Shown: positions 1 through 14,401 of the stretch, in pieces | Layout: each line of letters begins with the position of its first letter | How positions within the stretch are numbered: the first letter of the stretch is position 1 | Origin: Octopus bimaculoides | Lineage: Eukaryota | DNA: 52,490 bases | Reading direction: 5' to 3' | Assembly: GCF_001194135.2 (NCBI RefSeq) | Contig: NC_068986.1 | Coordinates: 31,256,467 to 31,308,956 of the forward strand | Translations under genes and position numbers: made by a program | Notes under the pieces: model-generated | What the model was told of the DNA's origin: nothing | Databases searched by the model: none | The model's input: only the letters and a program-made list of their open reading frames with translations

Positions 1-48
<48 letters not shown>
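1..48. repeat. (TA)n microsatellite
   Basis: Direct read. Confidence 0.95.
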
Positions 49-49
<1 letters not shown>

Positions 50-76
50 TAGCTGACGTTCCCGGTAATTCCCGGG
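49..76 (-). mobile_element. Helitron-type 3' terminus
   Basis: Minus strand CCCGG-GAATTA-CCGGG, 8 nt, CTAG|T; same geometry as 25598-25625. Confidence 0.55.
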
Positions 77-544
77 AAAGCAGGGCTTATCCCTTGGTTC
101 CGTTCTCTACTGCTAATCCAGTAACAACAATCCAAAGTATATAGTCCTTAAAATGGTTTTTATGCATTTACAGAGAATACCAAACTGTCTTACACTGGAT
201 CTTGTTTTTAGGAATTCTCAATAAGTTACGAATACCCAAACTGTGAAGTCAGTTATGTAATGACATGAAATTAGTTACCCGATAGTAAGAATTCAAATAA
301 AGTAGCCCCGAAAAGGGCTTTAATGAGTTCCCAGAGTATATAGAACATAGGAGGAAATACTTATAAGGTATGCATACTAAGATTGTGAAGCTAGTATGGG
401 TCAGACAAAATTTGTTGAGGCAGATATTTTAAGGCTGGATGCCCTTCATATTTCTAACTCTTACATGTTTCCACACACAGTAATATTTTCCCATAGCTAA
501 GCTAGTTTTCGCAGATGACTGGAAATGAACAGTCTTCTTGTATG

Positions 545-888
545 ATGATAATGCTTGTCTACGACCATTACATGGTATCTAGCCAAGGGTACACATAAAC
601 GCAATGGCTCCCGTAGGATTTTCGAGCGAGATCGTTGCCAGTGCCCCTGGACTGGCTTGTGCGGGTGGCACATAAAAGACACCATTTCGAGCATGGCCGT
701 TTTCGTGCGGGTGACACGTAAAAGCACCCACTACACTCTCTGAGTGGTTGGCGTTAGGAAGGGCATCCAGCTGTAGAAACTCTGACAAATCAGACTGGAG
801 CCTGGTGTTGCCATCCGGTTTCACCAGTCCTCAGTCAAATCGTCCAACCCATGCTAGCATGGAGAGCGGACGTTAAACGATGATGATG

Positions 889-889
<1 letters not shown>
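545..889 (+). mobile_element. RTE-like LINE 3' UTR fragment with (GAT)n tail
   Basis: GGAAGGGCATCCAGCTGTAGAAAC...GCATGG..GCGGACGTTAAACGATGATGATG; further copies at ~14545-14775(+), 15105-15255(-), 15440-15800(-), 35500-35923(+), 36190-36350(-), 43795-43930(+), 50345-50470(+). Confidence 0.6.
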
Positions 890-920
<31 letters not shown>

Positions 921-1089
921 GACTACTGGAAGACTTGATGGAGTGCCGTAGATTTTCCTGGAGAAGTCAGATGTAGGGGTTTTATTGGCACCTGACTGAG
1001 ACAGTGGCTGCTATTTTTATTACATGAAGTTCTGTCATAAAATAATTTGTGTTTAATTTCATTCAAGATTTCTAATGTTTTATTCTAAG

Positions 1090-1205
1090 GTATTACCAAA
1101 ACTGAGAAGAACGATGAGCTTTCCATTAAATTACAAAACTATGAATTAGAAGCGCATCCTTATGCAAAAGAATATTTCAAACCTGGCTTCCCACAATATT
1201 TGAAA
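1090..1205 (+). CDS. TEP/A2M exon 1 (in window), MG3/MG4 boundary
   Basis: ag|..|gtaag; (G)ITKTEKNDELSIKLQNYELEAHPYAKEYFKPGFPQYLK. Confidence 0.88.
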
Positions 1206-1964
1206 GTAAGTAAATTTTATGATTTTTATAATTTTGTTTTCAAGCAACTTGATTAGATGCAAATATAAAGCAGATGGTAGCTTCCCAATACTTTTTTCTC
1301 TTTGTATCTTTTCCAGTTTAAGAAATTTTTAAGAATAGGAAGTGCCCATGCTGTCTTCATTTATACAACTGCTGGTAAAAACCTAAACCACAAAACCATT
1401 ACATATCCTGATATGTTCACATGATAATATTCAGAGTTCACTCAGAATATAATGTATACAGAACTAATATCATGCAAAAACTAGCATCATATAGGTGAAT
1501 TGCTTTCTTCAGGGCTTATACAGAAATATTGTGTCAAAGTCGTTTTATGATTTGTTTTGTTTGTTATTTTTGTTTTTTTCTTAAATTTTTTTTTGTTCTT
1601 TTCTTCAGATCATTGTAACCACTCCAGATAAAAAGCCTGTACCTAACATTGACATTGAGGTTCAGATACAAGATACTAATGGAACTTTAAACAATTATAT
1701 CACTGATAACGATGGCATGATAAATGCTTTAATACCTGCTCAGAAGTCCAGTGTTAAGAGATTAAGAATCAAGGTTTGTATCAATTATCTTATACTTGTT
1801 TCAGTCATAGGACAGTAGCCATGTTGTGGTACTGCCTTGAAGGTGTTTAGTTGAATAAATCACCCTCAATACTTACTTTTTTTAAAGTTTGGTACTTTCG
1901 CTGAACCTCTATGTTATGGGGATGTAATCAAACCAACACTGGCTGTCAAGCAGAGGTATCAGGG

Positions 1965-1999
<35 letters not shown>

Positions 2000-4900
2000 C
2001 ATGGGCTTTATACATAGTTTCTGCCTACCAAATTCACTCACAAGGCTTTGGTAAGCCTGAAGCTATGCTAGAAGATATTTGTCTAAGGTGCTGTGCAGTG
2101 GGACTGAACCTGAAACCACGTGATTACAAAGTGAGCTTCTTAACCACATAGCCACGAGTAGTACATTTTAAGATGGGTGTGTGCATGTGTGTGACTTGCA
2201 AGCACCTTTAGGCAGAAAAGAAATTAATAACAAATTGCTCCTTATTTTCAACACATTTCTTAGCATTTAGGGTAGTTGGCTAACCACCACCAGGTCATGG
2301 ATTCAGTACCTGGACTGGGTAACACTTTGTGTACTTAAGGTACTTAATTTCACATTGCTCAGGTACACAAAAAATGAGTACCAGCAGCACTGCAATGAAC
2401 TGGCATCTTATTTGTGGAAGAGTCTTGTACTTGCAGCCTTTAAAGACTCCCTTCAGTCATGAATGACCATTGGATTACCTTCTGAGGCACAAAATTGGGC
2501 AAAGTTGTTTTATGGAAGACCAGCAGTCACTGATGCATACCAGCTTCCCCTCGACTCACCACCAATATTATTCAGGTGAAAGGCAAAGGCTGATACAGCT
2601 TGGCACCAGTGACATTGCAACTCATTTCTGCAGCTGAGTGAACAGGAGCAATGTGAAATAAAGTGTCTTGCCCAAGAGCACAACACACAGCTTGGTCCAG
2701 GAATTGAACTTACTACCTCATGATTGTGAGCCCAACGCCCTAACCACTGAACCATGCAGCTTATAGTGCTTTGAAAATCTACATAAGTTTTGGTTTAATG
2801 AGACTAGTTTATTTGATTTAATTTGTCTAGCTTTCACTCAAGGTAGAGTCTATAAGGGAGGGGTTTCATTTTATATATTTTGTCTGGGGTCCAGAGAATC
2901 ATGGAAAGAACCCTTGAATATCTGACAGGCTCCTCCCTAAAATAACTAAAATAGAAAAATAAAAAAATGAAAAGAAATCTCATGACCCCTTCCTGTCTTA
3001 GGGCCTGAAGGTAGCTTTGTTACACCTTGCAAAATTTTTTTCTTGGAGGCCCTTTGCTTTCTGATATTGTATATCTCAATATGGAACTCAAACAGGTGAC
3101 ATCAACACTAACAACATTCACAGTTCAAGGCATTGGTTAGTCTAGGTCTGTAGCAGAAGACATGAGCCCCAAGGTGCCATGCAGTGGGACTGAACAGTGG
3201 GACTCAACCACATAGTTGAGAAGCGAACTTCTTAACATAGCCATGCCTGCACCTATATTAATTTTAGCCATTTAATAGAGGTAATTTTGGGTGTTGAGAT
3301 GGTCAAATTCTAAGTTAGAGACCAATATCTGTTATCTTTTACCTGTTTCAGTCATTGAATTTCAGCAATGCTAGGATACCACCTTGAAGGAATTAGTTGG
3401 ATAAATCAACTAAAAATCAGTATTTAGATTATTAAGCTTGATACCTGTTCTGTCGGTATCTTTTCCAAAACTGCTAAGTTATGAAGACATCAACAAATCA
3501 ACAGCAGTTGTCAAGCAGTGCAGTAGGGCTATGTACACAAACACACACTCACACAAACATGGGTGTACACAATCACATGCATACACACACACATGTACGT
3601 GCACATACAAACACTCACACAGCCATATACATACACACAAATACACACACCTATATGACGAGCTTCCATACAGTTTCCATTGACTACATTCACTCATAAG
3701 ACATTGGTCCGCCTAGGACTGTAGTAAAAGATACTTACCTAAGGTGCCATACAGTGGGATTGACCCCTAAATCACCTGATTTCAAATTGAGCTTGTTAAT
3801 CACACAGCTATGCATACATCTATGCGTCAGAATGATGTTTATACATTTTAGAGAATACTAACTGAATACAAATTGAACAATGTTTGATATGAAAAAAATA
3901 ATACAGAAAACACCATATTTTCTTTCTCTTATATTTTCTCACTAGTTTCAGCTTGTCATTGGACTGTGGCCAAGCTGGAGCATCACTACCAATAATTATC
4001 CTTGATATGTTTTTAACATGTTCTTATCATTGGAAACATAGTTCAATAACAACTTTTGCTCTATATTTTCCAGGCAGTTCCTACTTCCGACAAAATGAAA
4101 CTGGATGAAATGAAACTAGATTCAAGTGCAGCTTTCATGTACAGTACCGAGGAAACATTTGTCCTATATCAGTGGTACTCACTAAGTAACAGTTTTATTT
4201 CTATTGAACCAATATACAACAAACTACCATGTACCAATGAAACTAAATTGGCTTTTTATTATAATTATGATAAAACACAAGAACCTATGACTATATATTA
4301 CCAGGTGAAGCAGTTTTCTTATTTTAGTATGCAATTGTTACTTTTATTATCAGTGTTAATGGTGATATCTTAAATTAGAGCTGATTAGGTGGTGCAGTTA
4401 GGAGAGAATTGAACCAGGCACTTTACATGTAGTTGCATCTTAGCACCATGCCAGTCCTAATAAAGCAGTTCAGATAATATATAGTGACGGCTCTGATTAT
4501 ATACAGAAGATTTTATCATATTCTGAAAGAGAGAGACCCATGATGAAAAGTGTTCCTGCTGTAACGATCTGTTTATGTAAGAATAAATGGTTGCTTTCTT
4601 TTTTAACCTTTAGCATTTAAATTGGCCATTTCTGGTCTCTCTCACCTACTCTACAATGTCATTTTAGAAATAAATAACCATATCATCAAAAATTCAAAAC
4701 TTCAAGACAATGTATGATTAATTTAAAGCAATATGAATAAATAAGCATTAAATTTGATAGAGCAATATGAATGCTAATGGGTTAAAGATGCTTGGGAAGA
4801 TGAGGAAATTTGGCTGCTATTTCAAGAATGTCAAAGACGGTATAGTGATCCCTTTGCTGGCTTGATACTTTACTTCACTTCATTTTTACATACAAAGGTG

Positions 4901-7900
4901 GGCTGACTACGAAGGAGTGATACTAGATCTGTGAAATCTTGCATGCATTAATTTCAGTTCTTCTTATTAATAACTGCATTGTTTCTTTCCCAGTAAACTG
5001 ATATCTGACTATTCAAAGAAGACTTCAAATGTAACTTGTAGCAACTTCTCTAGAAAATGGACAAAATTTGGCATAGTAGTGTTATCAAGTACCTGCATAA
5101 AAAGGGTTTAGCCCCCAAGGTCATTCGTACTGACAAGGTTGCTGCATTAAGGGATGACACTGAGTTTAGGAGGGGAAGGGAGTCTTGAAAATGAACCACG
5201 GTCTAGATGTCCTGCAACTGCCACCACCAAGGAAGATATTGATTGTGTTCACCACATAGTGATGGATGGCAGGCTATTGACTATGAATCCAATAGCCAAT
5301 GTCTGTAGACAAGGTCAGAATAGTACTGGAGGAGTATTTTTCGTGATGCACAAGTGAATTTTGGAAGAGGTGTCTTGCAAGTCTACCAGATAGATGGAAG
5401 AGCATTGTAGAAAATGAAGGAGAGTATATTTTAGATTAAAAAAGAACTTTGTTTATCTTCATTTTGAAAAATAAAAGAAGTATAAAATTTTGTCTGCCAA
5501 ATGGAACTCACAAGATGTAGGCCAGTCTGAGGATCTATATCAAAAGATAATTATCAAAGAGCTGTGCAGTGGGTTGAAACCTAGACCTATTTCTTTTATT
5601 AAAACAAGCTTTTTTTAACCGAACACTTAAAACATGGAAAAAATTTAAACACTAAAAAAGCAATTATTTCTTTTTTTTTTTTTATCATTTGCTAAATAGA
5701 TAATTAAAATTTCTATAATAATTTTTCTCTTCTGTCGTTCTAGGTCTTATCTTATGGAAAAACTTTGGTATCAAATTCTACAAATCATAATCATTCTACT
5801 CTGCATCATGTTTCATTCAAGGAACCAGATCTGAAAGTTGCTTCTTTAGATATAAAAAATAATTCAAAGATGAATGAAAAAAATCAAGATGAGGAAACAG
5901 GTTTAAATGTTATATTTTTCTTTTTCCATAGTTTTTTTTCCCAGTTATATTATAAGTATTATGCAGAGCATTTCAGAATTGGCAGGAGAGGCAGATAAAA
6001 TGCCTCTTTGCAACTTTGAATGTCTTGTGTTTGAATCTTGCCGAGATAATTTCTGTTGTTCATTCTTTGGAGATTGATAAAATAATTACTAGTTTTAATT
6101 AAATAGGCACAGGTGTGGCTGTGTGCTTAAGCACAGGGATGGCTGTGTTGCTTTCCAACCACATGGTTCTGAGTTCAGTCCTACTATGTGGCATCTTGGG
6201 CAAGTGTCTTTTATTATAATCCCAGGCTGACCAAAGCCTTGTGAGTGGATTTGGTAGATGAAAACCGAAAGAACCCTGTTCTATAGTGAAAGACATTTGT
6301 CCAAGGTGCCATGCAGTGGACCATGTGGTTGAGAAGTGAGATTACAATTAAAACTGCTTTCAAATTTTATCAAAATAATCATATCCTACACCCTTGAAAA
6401 TGTATCTCCAGAAAATGTCATGAAAAAAATATACTTATTTAAGAAAATTATGAAAAAACAAAGTTGAGGAACACATTGTTGTACAGAAATATACTTCACT
6501 GACTTTGTTTACCAAGAAAAAGTTTACATCAAATTTTGTTATGATAATTGTAATCTGCACCCCTGAAAATGTATCTTGGAAAAATTTCTTTAAAATACAT
6601 GCATTTAACAAGGTCCTGTTGGGTGGAAGGAATGAGTCTCAAAAAAATAAACATTTTTCAATTTTTTTCTACTTAATCAAATACTACACTATATAAAAAT
6701 CATCTCCAGAAAAATTTCACTAAAAAAAATGAAAAGTAAGTTATGTGGAAACAAAGTTTGTGAGTGGTGGGATTGAGCAAATTTCTTTTTTTTTTCTAAG
6801 GTGGTAGGGTGTGGTTTGAGGTTGATTTAGTTGCTATTCTTTGGCGGTTGAATTATATTATAGAGATATGGTTCCCAAGCTTTTCTAAGCTCTGGCACCA
6901 GTAAGGATTAAAAATTTAAAAAAAATTAAAATCAAAAAAATTAAAATTAAAAAAAAAAAAGCAGAAATGTATACATAATCATTTGACTTTTTGAAAATTT
7001 TCTTCCCATGTTTTATCATTCTGCAGATGAAAAGGAGGAAAGTTCTGAAAAGCCAAAACCTATTTACAAACAAACTCTAACTATTCCTTATCAACTTGGA
7101 CCTGACTCAACCCTCATTGTGTATTACATCAGATCAGATAATGAAATTATTTCTGACAGTATCAAAATACCAGTTAAAAATTGTTTCCCAAATCCGGTAA
7201 GCAAAAAAAAAAAAAGTTATTCCTATTTCTTTCAATTCTTTGAATTTTCTTGCTTTTGTTAGATTTAATCCGTAACTGACAATATTTTAAAACAAATATA
7301 CAGTTTGAAATTAATTTTTAAAGAAGTCAAGAATTTGCACCTGAGCAATGTATACAGTTGTTGTTGGCACTCTGTTGCTTACGACGTCAAGGGTTCTAAT
7401 CGATCCAATCAACGGAACAGCCTGCTCGTGAAATTAACGTGCAAGTGGCTGAGCACTCCACAGACACGTGTACCCTTAACGTAGTTCTCGGGGATATTCA
7501 GTGTGACACAGTATGACAAGGCTGACCCTTTGAATTACAGGCACAACAGAAACAGGTAGTAAGAGTGAGAGAAAGTTGTGGTGAAAGAGTACAGCAGGGT
7601 TCGCCACCATCCCCTGCTGGAGCCTCGTGGAGCTTTAGGTGTTTTTGCTCAATAAACACTCACAACGCCCGGTCTGGGAATCGAAACCGCGAGTCCGCTG
7701 CCCTAACCACTGAGCCATTGCGCCTCCACAATGTATACAGTAAGCTTATTATTATTACAAGTTTTTCTGCTTTCAGTATTGTTTCCATTTTTTGCTGAGT
7801 ATCTTCTTGACACTTAGAGCAAAGAATTTCACTGTATACATTGATAAGACATTAAAATAAATTCAGCAGATTGTTCATTTACAAAATCAGATAAAATTAT

Positions 7901-10900
7901 GCAGACATGACAAAAAAAAAAAAGATTGGATGATTTCATGTTTTTAACTTTTATTCTTAGGTCAGCATGATGTTCAATAAAGATTCTGCTCAACCGAAAA
8001 TTGATGTCAAACTGAGTGTTAAAGCTACAGCAAAGTCTCTATGTGCAATTTCAATGGTTGATAAAAGTGTACACATACTTGGTGGAAACAATCAGATAAG
8101 TCCAGAAAATGTAAGATTTTTCAGAATTGATTTTCTTTTCTTTTATAAATTTTTTCCTTTTCAAAGATCGTAATAAATATTTTTGCAGATGTTGTAGTTC
8201 TTTAGCCTTTGTTTATAATATAATGAGAATGATAACAAATAAAAAAGGACTCTTTTACTTGTTTCAGTCATTTGACTGCGGCCATGCTGGAGCACCGCCT
8301 TTAGTCGAATCAAATCGACCCCAGGACTTATTCTTTGTAAGCCTAGTACTTATTCTATCGGTCTCTTTTTGCCGAACCGCTAAGTTACGGGGACCTAAAC
8401 ACACCAGCATCGGTTGTCAAGTGATGTTGGGGGACAAACACAGATACACAACATACACACGCGCATACACATACATATATATATATACACACATATATAC
8501 GACGTGCTTCTTTCAGTTTCCGTCTACCAAATCCACTCACAAGGCTTTGGTCGGCCTGAGGCTATAGTAGAAGACACTTGCCCATACAGTGGAATTGAAC
8601 CCGGAACCATGTGGTTGGTAAGCAAGCTACTTACCACACAGCCACTCCTGCGTTTATTTTTTTGTTCCTTTCCTCTACTTTGGTGGATATAGCCTTGATC
8701 AAATGGAATTGACATCATCAGTGCTTCTCAACACTATTTGGCCAAGAAGTCATTTAGAATCATTAAAAATTCAGTTTATAGCCATAATTTTTTTTTTTGT
8801 TATACCTTTATCCGTTAAATTAGATTTTCATTATTTTTGTTCCATTTTAATCTGCTTAATATATTCCTTTGGGTAGGTTTTTGAGAAGATGTCAGCCTAC
8901 AATCTTCTCCGAGTTGGTCAAAGAAGAAAGGTACATCACTGTAATTATATGAATTTCCCAGGTAATACTCCTTTTCCATATTTATTTATATAGCCATAAC
9001 TATTTTTATTCAGCTGATAAGTTCACCCATCACTCCCCTCTGTTATTCTTTCCAACTTCTGTCATTCATATGAACTCCAGTGTCTTACTTTTTTGCTTTG
9101 CTTTTAATTAGGTGGTGAACCCTGCTGTACTCTTTCACCACAACTTTCTCTCACTCTTACTTCCTGTTTTCTGTTGTGCCTGTAATTCAAAGGGTCAGCC
9201 TTGTCACACTGTGTCACGCTGAATATCCCCGAGAACTACGTTATGGGTACACGTGTCTGTGGAGTGCTCAGCCACTTGCATGTTAATTTCACGAGCAGGC
9301 TGTTCCGTTGATCGGATCAACTGGAACCCTTGACGTCGTAAGCGACAGAGTGCCAACAACAACAAATATTTTCTGAATACTCTCCTCCACAATATTAGTT
9401 AATTATTTAAATTACCTAAGTTGGTGACTGGCAGAATTGTTAGCAACATAATACAAAATGCTTCCGGTTCATTACATTCTGAGTTTAAACCCTGCTAAAG
9501 TCTACTTTCACGGTCAATAAAATAAAGTATCAATCAGTCAAGTACTGGGGTCAATGTAATAAGCTTGTCACCTCCCTTCAAAATTACCAACCTTGAATCC
9601 TGCAATGGGCCGGTGTCCCATTCAGGGGAATGTTGTGATCTCAGTCCCTTATATGCCATGGAAACTGGGTAACTGGTCTTATAAATCCAAGAACATAAAA
9701 GACAAAAGAACAAAAAGAATAATATTATTTAAACCATTCCAGTGAGGTATAAAAATACAGGCAATAATGACTAGATATGTTCTCATCTAGGTTAGTTGTT
9801 CTCGACTGGGGTCCATATGGCCAATGAGGATCCATATAAGGCTTTTGGGGTCGACACAATAAAATAGTAAATTGGGGATCCACAATAGGCGTAGGAGTGG
9901 CTGTGTGGTAAGTAGCTTGCTTACCAACCACATGGTTCCGGGTTCAGTCCCACTGCGTGGCACCTTGGGCAAGTGTCTTCTACTATAGCCTCAAGCCAAC
10001 CAAAACCTTGTGAGTGGATTTGGTAGACGGAAACTGAAAGAAGCCTGTCATATATATGTATATATATATGTATGTATGAGTATGTTTGTGTGTCTGTGTT
10101 TGTTCCTCCCCCCCCCAACATCGCTTGACAACCGATGCTGGTGTGTTTAGGTCCCCGTAACTTAGCGGTTCAGCAAAAAGAGACTGATAGAATAAGTACT
10201 AGGCTTACAAAGAATAAGTCCTGGGGTCGATTTGCTCTACTAAAAGCGGTGCTCCAGCATGGCCACAGTCAAATGACTGAAACAAGTAAAAGAGTAATAA
10301 AATTTTAAAGGCCCCTGTTAAAATTTTGCTTTAGCTGTATGTATTGGTATTTATGGCAAAAAAAACACTAGGTTTCTTTCTCTAACATTTTACATGGTTC
10401 AACTTACACGAGTTAATGTGTGAAAAACGAAATAGTTATTTTGAAAGAAGTTTCTATAAGATTTGTTTTTAAACATAGAATGGCTATGGGGGGTCCATGA
10501 GGATAAAATGGTAATCAAAGGGGTCCATAGATAAAAAAATGTTTGAGAACCCCTGATCTAGGTCTTAATTAATTTTTAATTATAATCAATATTTTCCATG
10601 TTCCCCACCAAAAAATATTTAAAATAGTTCTATAAATTAGTCAGTGCAATATATCTTTTACCTTTTGTCTTTTACTTGTTTCAGTCATTGGACTGCGGCC
10701 ATGCTGGGGCACTGCGTTGAGGAATTTTAGTCTAATTGACCCCCAGTACTTATTTTCCTTTTTCAAGTTTGATACTTATTTGGTTGGTCTTTTTTGCTGA
10801 ACCGCTAAGTTACAAAGACATAAACACACCAACCCTGGTTGTCAAGTGGTGGAGTGAGAAACACAGCCTCAAAGACAGGTAGACAGACACATATTCACAC

Positions 10901-12732
10901 ACACAACAGGCTTCTTTCAGTCTCCATCTACCAAATCCTCTTACAAAGTTTTGGTCAGTTTGAGGCTATAATAGAAGATACTTGCTCAAGAGTAGGAGTA
11001 AACCCAAGACCATGTGGTTGGGAAGCAAACTTCTTATTTCTTTATTGCCCACAAGGGGCTAAACATAGAGGGGACAAACAAAGACAGACAAAGGGATTAA
11101 GTCGATTACATCGACCCCAGTGCATAACTGGTACTTAATTTATCGACCTCGAAAGGATGAAAGGCAAAGTCAACCTCGGCGGAATTTGAACTCAGAACGT
11201 AACGGCAGACGAAATACTGCTAGGTATTTCGCCTGGCGTGCTAACGTTTCTGCCAGCTCTTACCACACAGCCAATTAGTTATTTATTTATTTATTCATTT
11301 ATTTTTCCAGATTTCTTTGGACCTCCTTCACCACCCTCAGAGCCGATAAGGCCACCTGTTATTGCTGATAATCAAGATTTGACTAGAGAGACAAATAAAT
11401 CTGATAAACCTCAAGTTAAGCAAAGCAGAAAAAAGAAAAAAGAAAGCAAACAGGTTAAGAATAAAGCAAGACGCAAAAACAGAAAGGAAAAACTTAGAAA
11501 AAAAGATGTTTTAAGCCGGCAAAGGAGGTCTTATATATTACCTTCATATACGTATGTTGATGCTGCAGAAGCGTTTGAGGTAAACCTTTTCTTATAACCT
11601 TTATTTGTTTTCTTCATTAAATTATGGCCATTCTGGGACACCACTTTGTAGGGTGTTGTTATGGGAGAATCTTGAACACCCACATGTGACTGAAGGTGGA
11701 CTATCCATTTACAATAAATGAGAACTGAGTGAACTGTCAGTGGAGGTAGTTAATGGTGTTGGCCCGACTGTGTTGGTTTATCGTGTTAGTTCAACATATG
11801 TTGGTTTAACAGTCAGTAGCTGAACAATGAGAGACGCAATGGCCCAACGGTTATGGCAGTGGACTCGTGGTCGGAGGATCGTGGTTTCAATTCCCAGACC
11901 GGGCGTTGTGTGTGTTTATTAAGCACAAACACCTAAAAGCTCCACGAGGCTCCAGCAGGGGGTGGTGGCGACCCCTGTTGTACTCTTTCGCCCCAACTTT
12001 CTCTCACTCTTTCTTCCTGTTTCTTGAGTAATGCTGCGATGGACTGGCGTCCCATCCAGCTGGGGGGAACACATACGCTATAGAAACCAGGAAACCGGGC
12101 CCATGAGCCTGGCTAGGCTTTAAAAGGGTGCATAATAAATAAGTTGAACAGTGAATACTGAGTATTGTACCTACATTCAAGTAGTACAGAGTACGTTCCT
12201 GTTTCTGTTGTACCTGTAATTCAAAGGGTCAGCCTTGTCACACTGTGTCATGCTGAATATTCCTGAGAACTACGTTAAGGGTACACGTGTCTGTGGAGTG
12301 CTCAGCCACTTGCACATTAATTTCACGAGCAGGCTGTTCCGTTGATCAAATCAACTGGAACGCTCGACGTCGTAAGTGACAGAGTGCCAACAACAACAAT
12401 AAAACAGCTAATTAATTTTGGTTAATTTCTTCTTTTTCACATTTGAGATTCTTACGTGAAAAGTTGTAGTAAATCATTTTAAGAGGATTATCAGATAAAT
12501 TTAATCCAACTTAAGACCCAGTGTAAATAAAGAATTATGTGATGTTAGATATAAGTAAAAGTTTAACCCTTTTGTTACCATATTTCTGTTGAAATGCACT
12601 GCTTTTGTATCAGTTAAGTTTGAAAATAGTGAAGAATTCAGTAAAATAATTTTTGTGTTTGGTATGTAAATTAACATGAAATTTCAATGAAAGGTTTTAT
12701 TTTAGATCACTCTAAAACTGAAAGTTTATAGC

Positions 12733-12769
<37 letters not shown>

Positions 12770-14315
12770 AAGACAACAAAGTGGATCAGTTTTTAGCAGG
12801 TTGGTATCAAAAACATTAATTTAATTTTCATGTTGAGGTTTTCTAAACTAGCTTATTTCTATAAAAATAAATATTTACTATATAATCAATTACTCTTCTT
12901 TCTTTTTGTTTTAAAATCTAGGCCACAGGTTTGGCAGTACTTACTGATTTGAATTTAGAAACCAAGCCTTGTGATTTTAATTATTTTCGAAATAGAGGCG
13001 TTATCGGTGCGCCTGGTATGTACTTCATGATCTTTTCAGTTCCATTTTTCTAACTAAATTTTAGATTTAAACTTACTTTGACAATTTTACATTTCAACTA
13101 GTCTTCAACTATCCTTTCCATCATTGTCAAAAGGTTCACTCAAATGATAGTTCCTATCATTACCATACTCTTCAGTCTCTATCTAATTATTGTTATCTAA
13201 TCTACTCCAAGGAAACCTGCTTCAGTGTAGCCTATCTCGATGAAGGGTAACCTTTCTTGTCCTTCATAACCTCTGATCTCTTGCTCTCATTTCCAAAAAC
13301 TTTAAAAAAAACTAGAAACAGTTGTAAAATAATTATCCCCTTCAGCACTTTGGATTTTTTTCTTTCTTTAGTGGCTATTGTAATGTAGAGTGGAGGTGCA
13401 ATGGCCCAGTGGTTAGGGCAGCGGACTCGCGGTCATAGGATCACGGTTTCGATTCCCAGACTGGGCGTTATGAGTGTTTATTGAGCGAAAACACCTAAAG
13501 CTCCATGAGGCTCCGGCAGGGAGTGGTGGCGAACCCTGCTGTACTCTTTCACCACAACTTTCTCTCACTCTTACTTCCTGTTTCTGTTGTGCCTGTAATT
13601 CAAAGGGTCAGCCTTGTCACACTGTGTCACACTGAATATCTCCCGAGAATTACGTTAATGGTACACGTGTCTCTGGAGTGCTCAGCCACTTGCACGTTAA
13701 TTTCACGAGCAGGCTGTTCCGTTGATCAGATCAACTGGAACCCTCAACATCGTAAGTGACAGAGTGCCAACAAAAAATTGTAATGTAGAATAGATTGGTT
13801 TACAATTGTAGCAGAAGTGTTAAATAAAAGGACTGCTAGGCCTAAATAAAAATCCCTTTAATGTGTCCTGTTTCTTTGTCTTTTTATTCAGCACAATCAG
13901 AGAACTATTTTGTGTATGTTTTTTCATGCCCTGAGAAACACTACAACCACCATAGAACTAAATCTATCAGCGACTTACTCTCATATGACACACACCAGTG
14001 GTGTCTCACTCTTGAGATCTTTGGTGAAAGTAATACTGGTGCACTTGATAATTTCCGATGGTGTCTAGCAAGAAAATATCAGTTGCCACTACACCAGATA
14101 AAACTTATAGATTACACTTACTGTTTGCAAAAATTTCTTACTGAATATTTTTACATGGCTGTAATGGATAGAAAGTTCACTTCAAAATATTGGGGTTTTG
14201 AATCAGTTCCATGACACTGCACCTTGTACAAGTACCTTCTAATATTAGCACTAGGCCAACCAATGCTTTATTTGGAATTGAGAATTTGAAATGGAGAATG
14301 CAGAATTTGGAAGCC

Positions 14316-14401
<86 letters not shown>

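Noticed and set aside
8127-8718. Recurrent ORFs such as MWLVSKLLTTQPL and FQSFDCGHAGAPPL (also at 9787, 39131, 39427, 52001)
   Set aside because: They are readings of SINE family A copies, not a gene family.
8931-8936. Internal donor AAG/GTACAT in exon 7
   Set aside because: Phase 0 cannot join the phase-1 acceptor of exon 8.
13392-13465. tRNA-like sequence
   Set aside because: It is the A/B-box head of a SINE continuing into the family body; not a tRNA gene.
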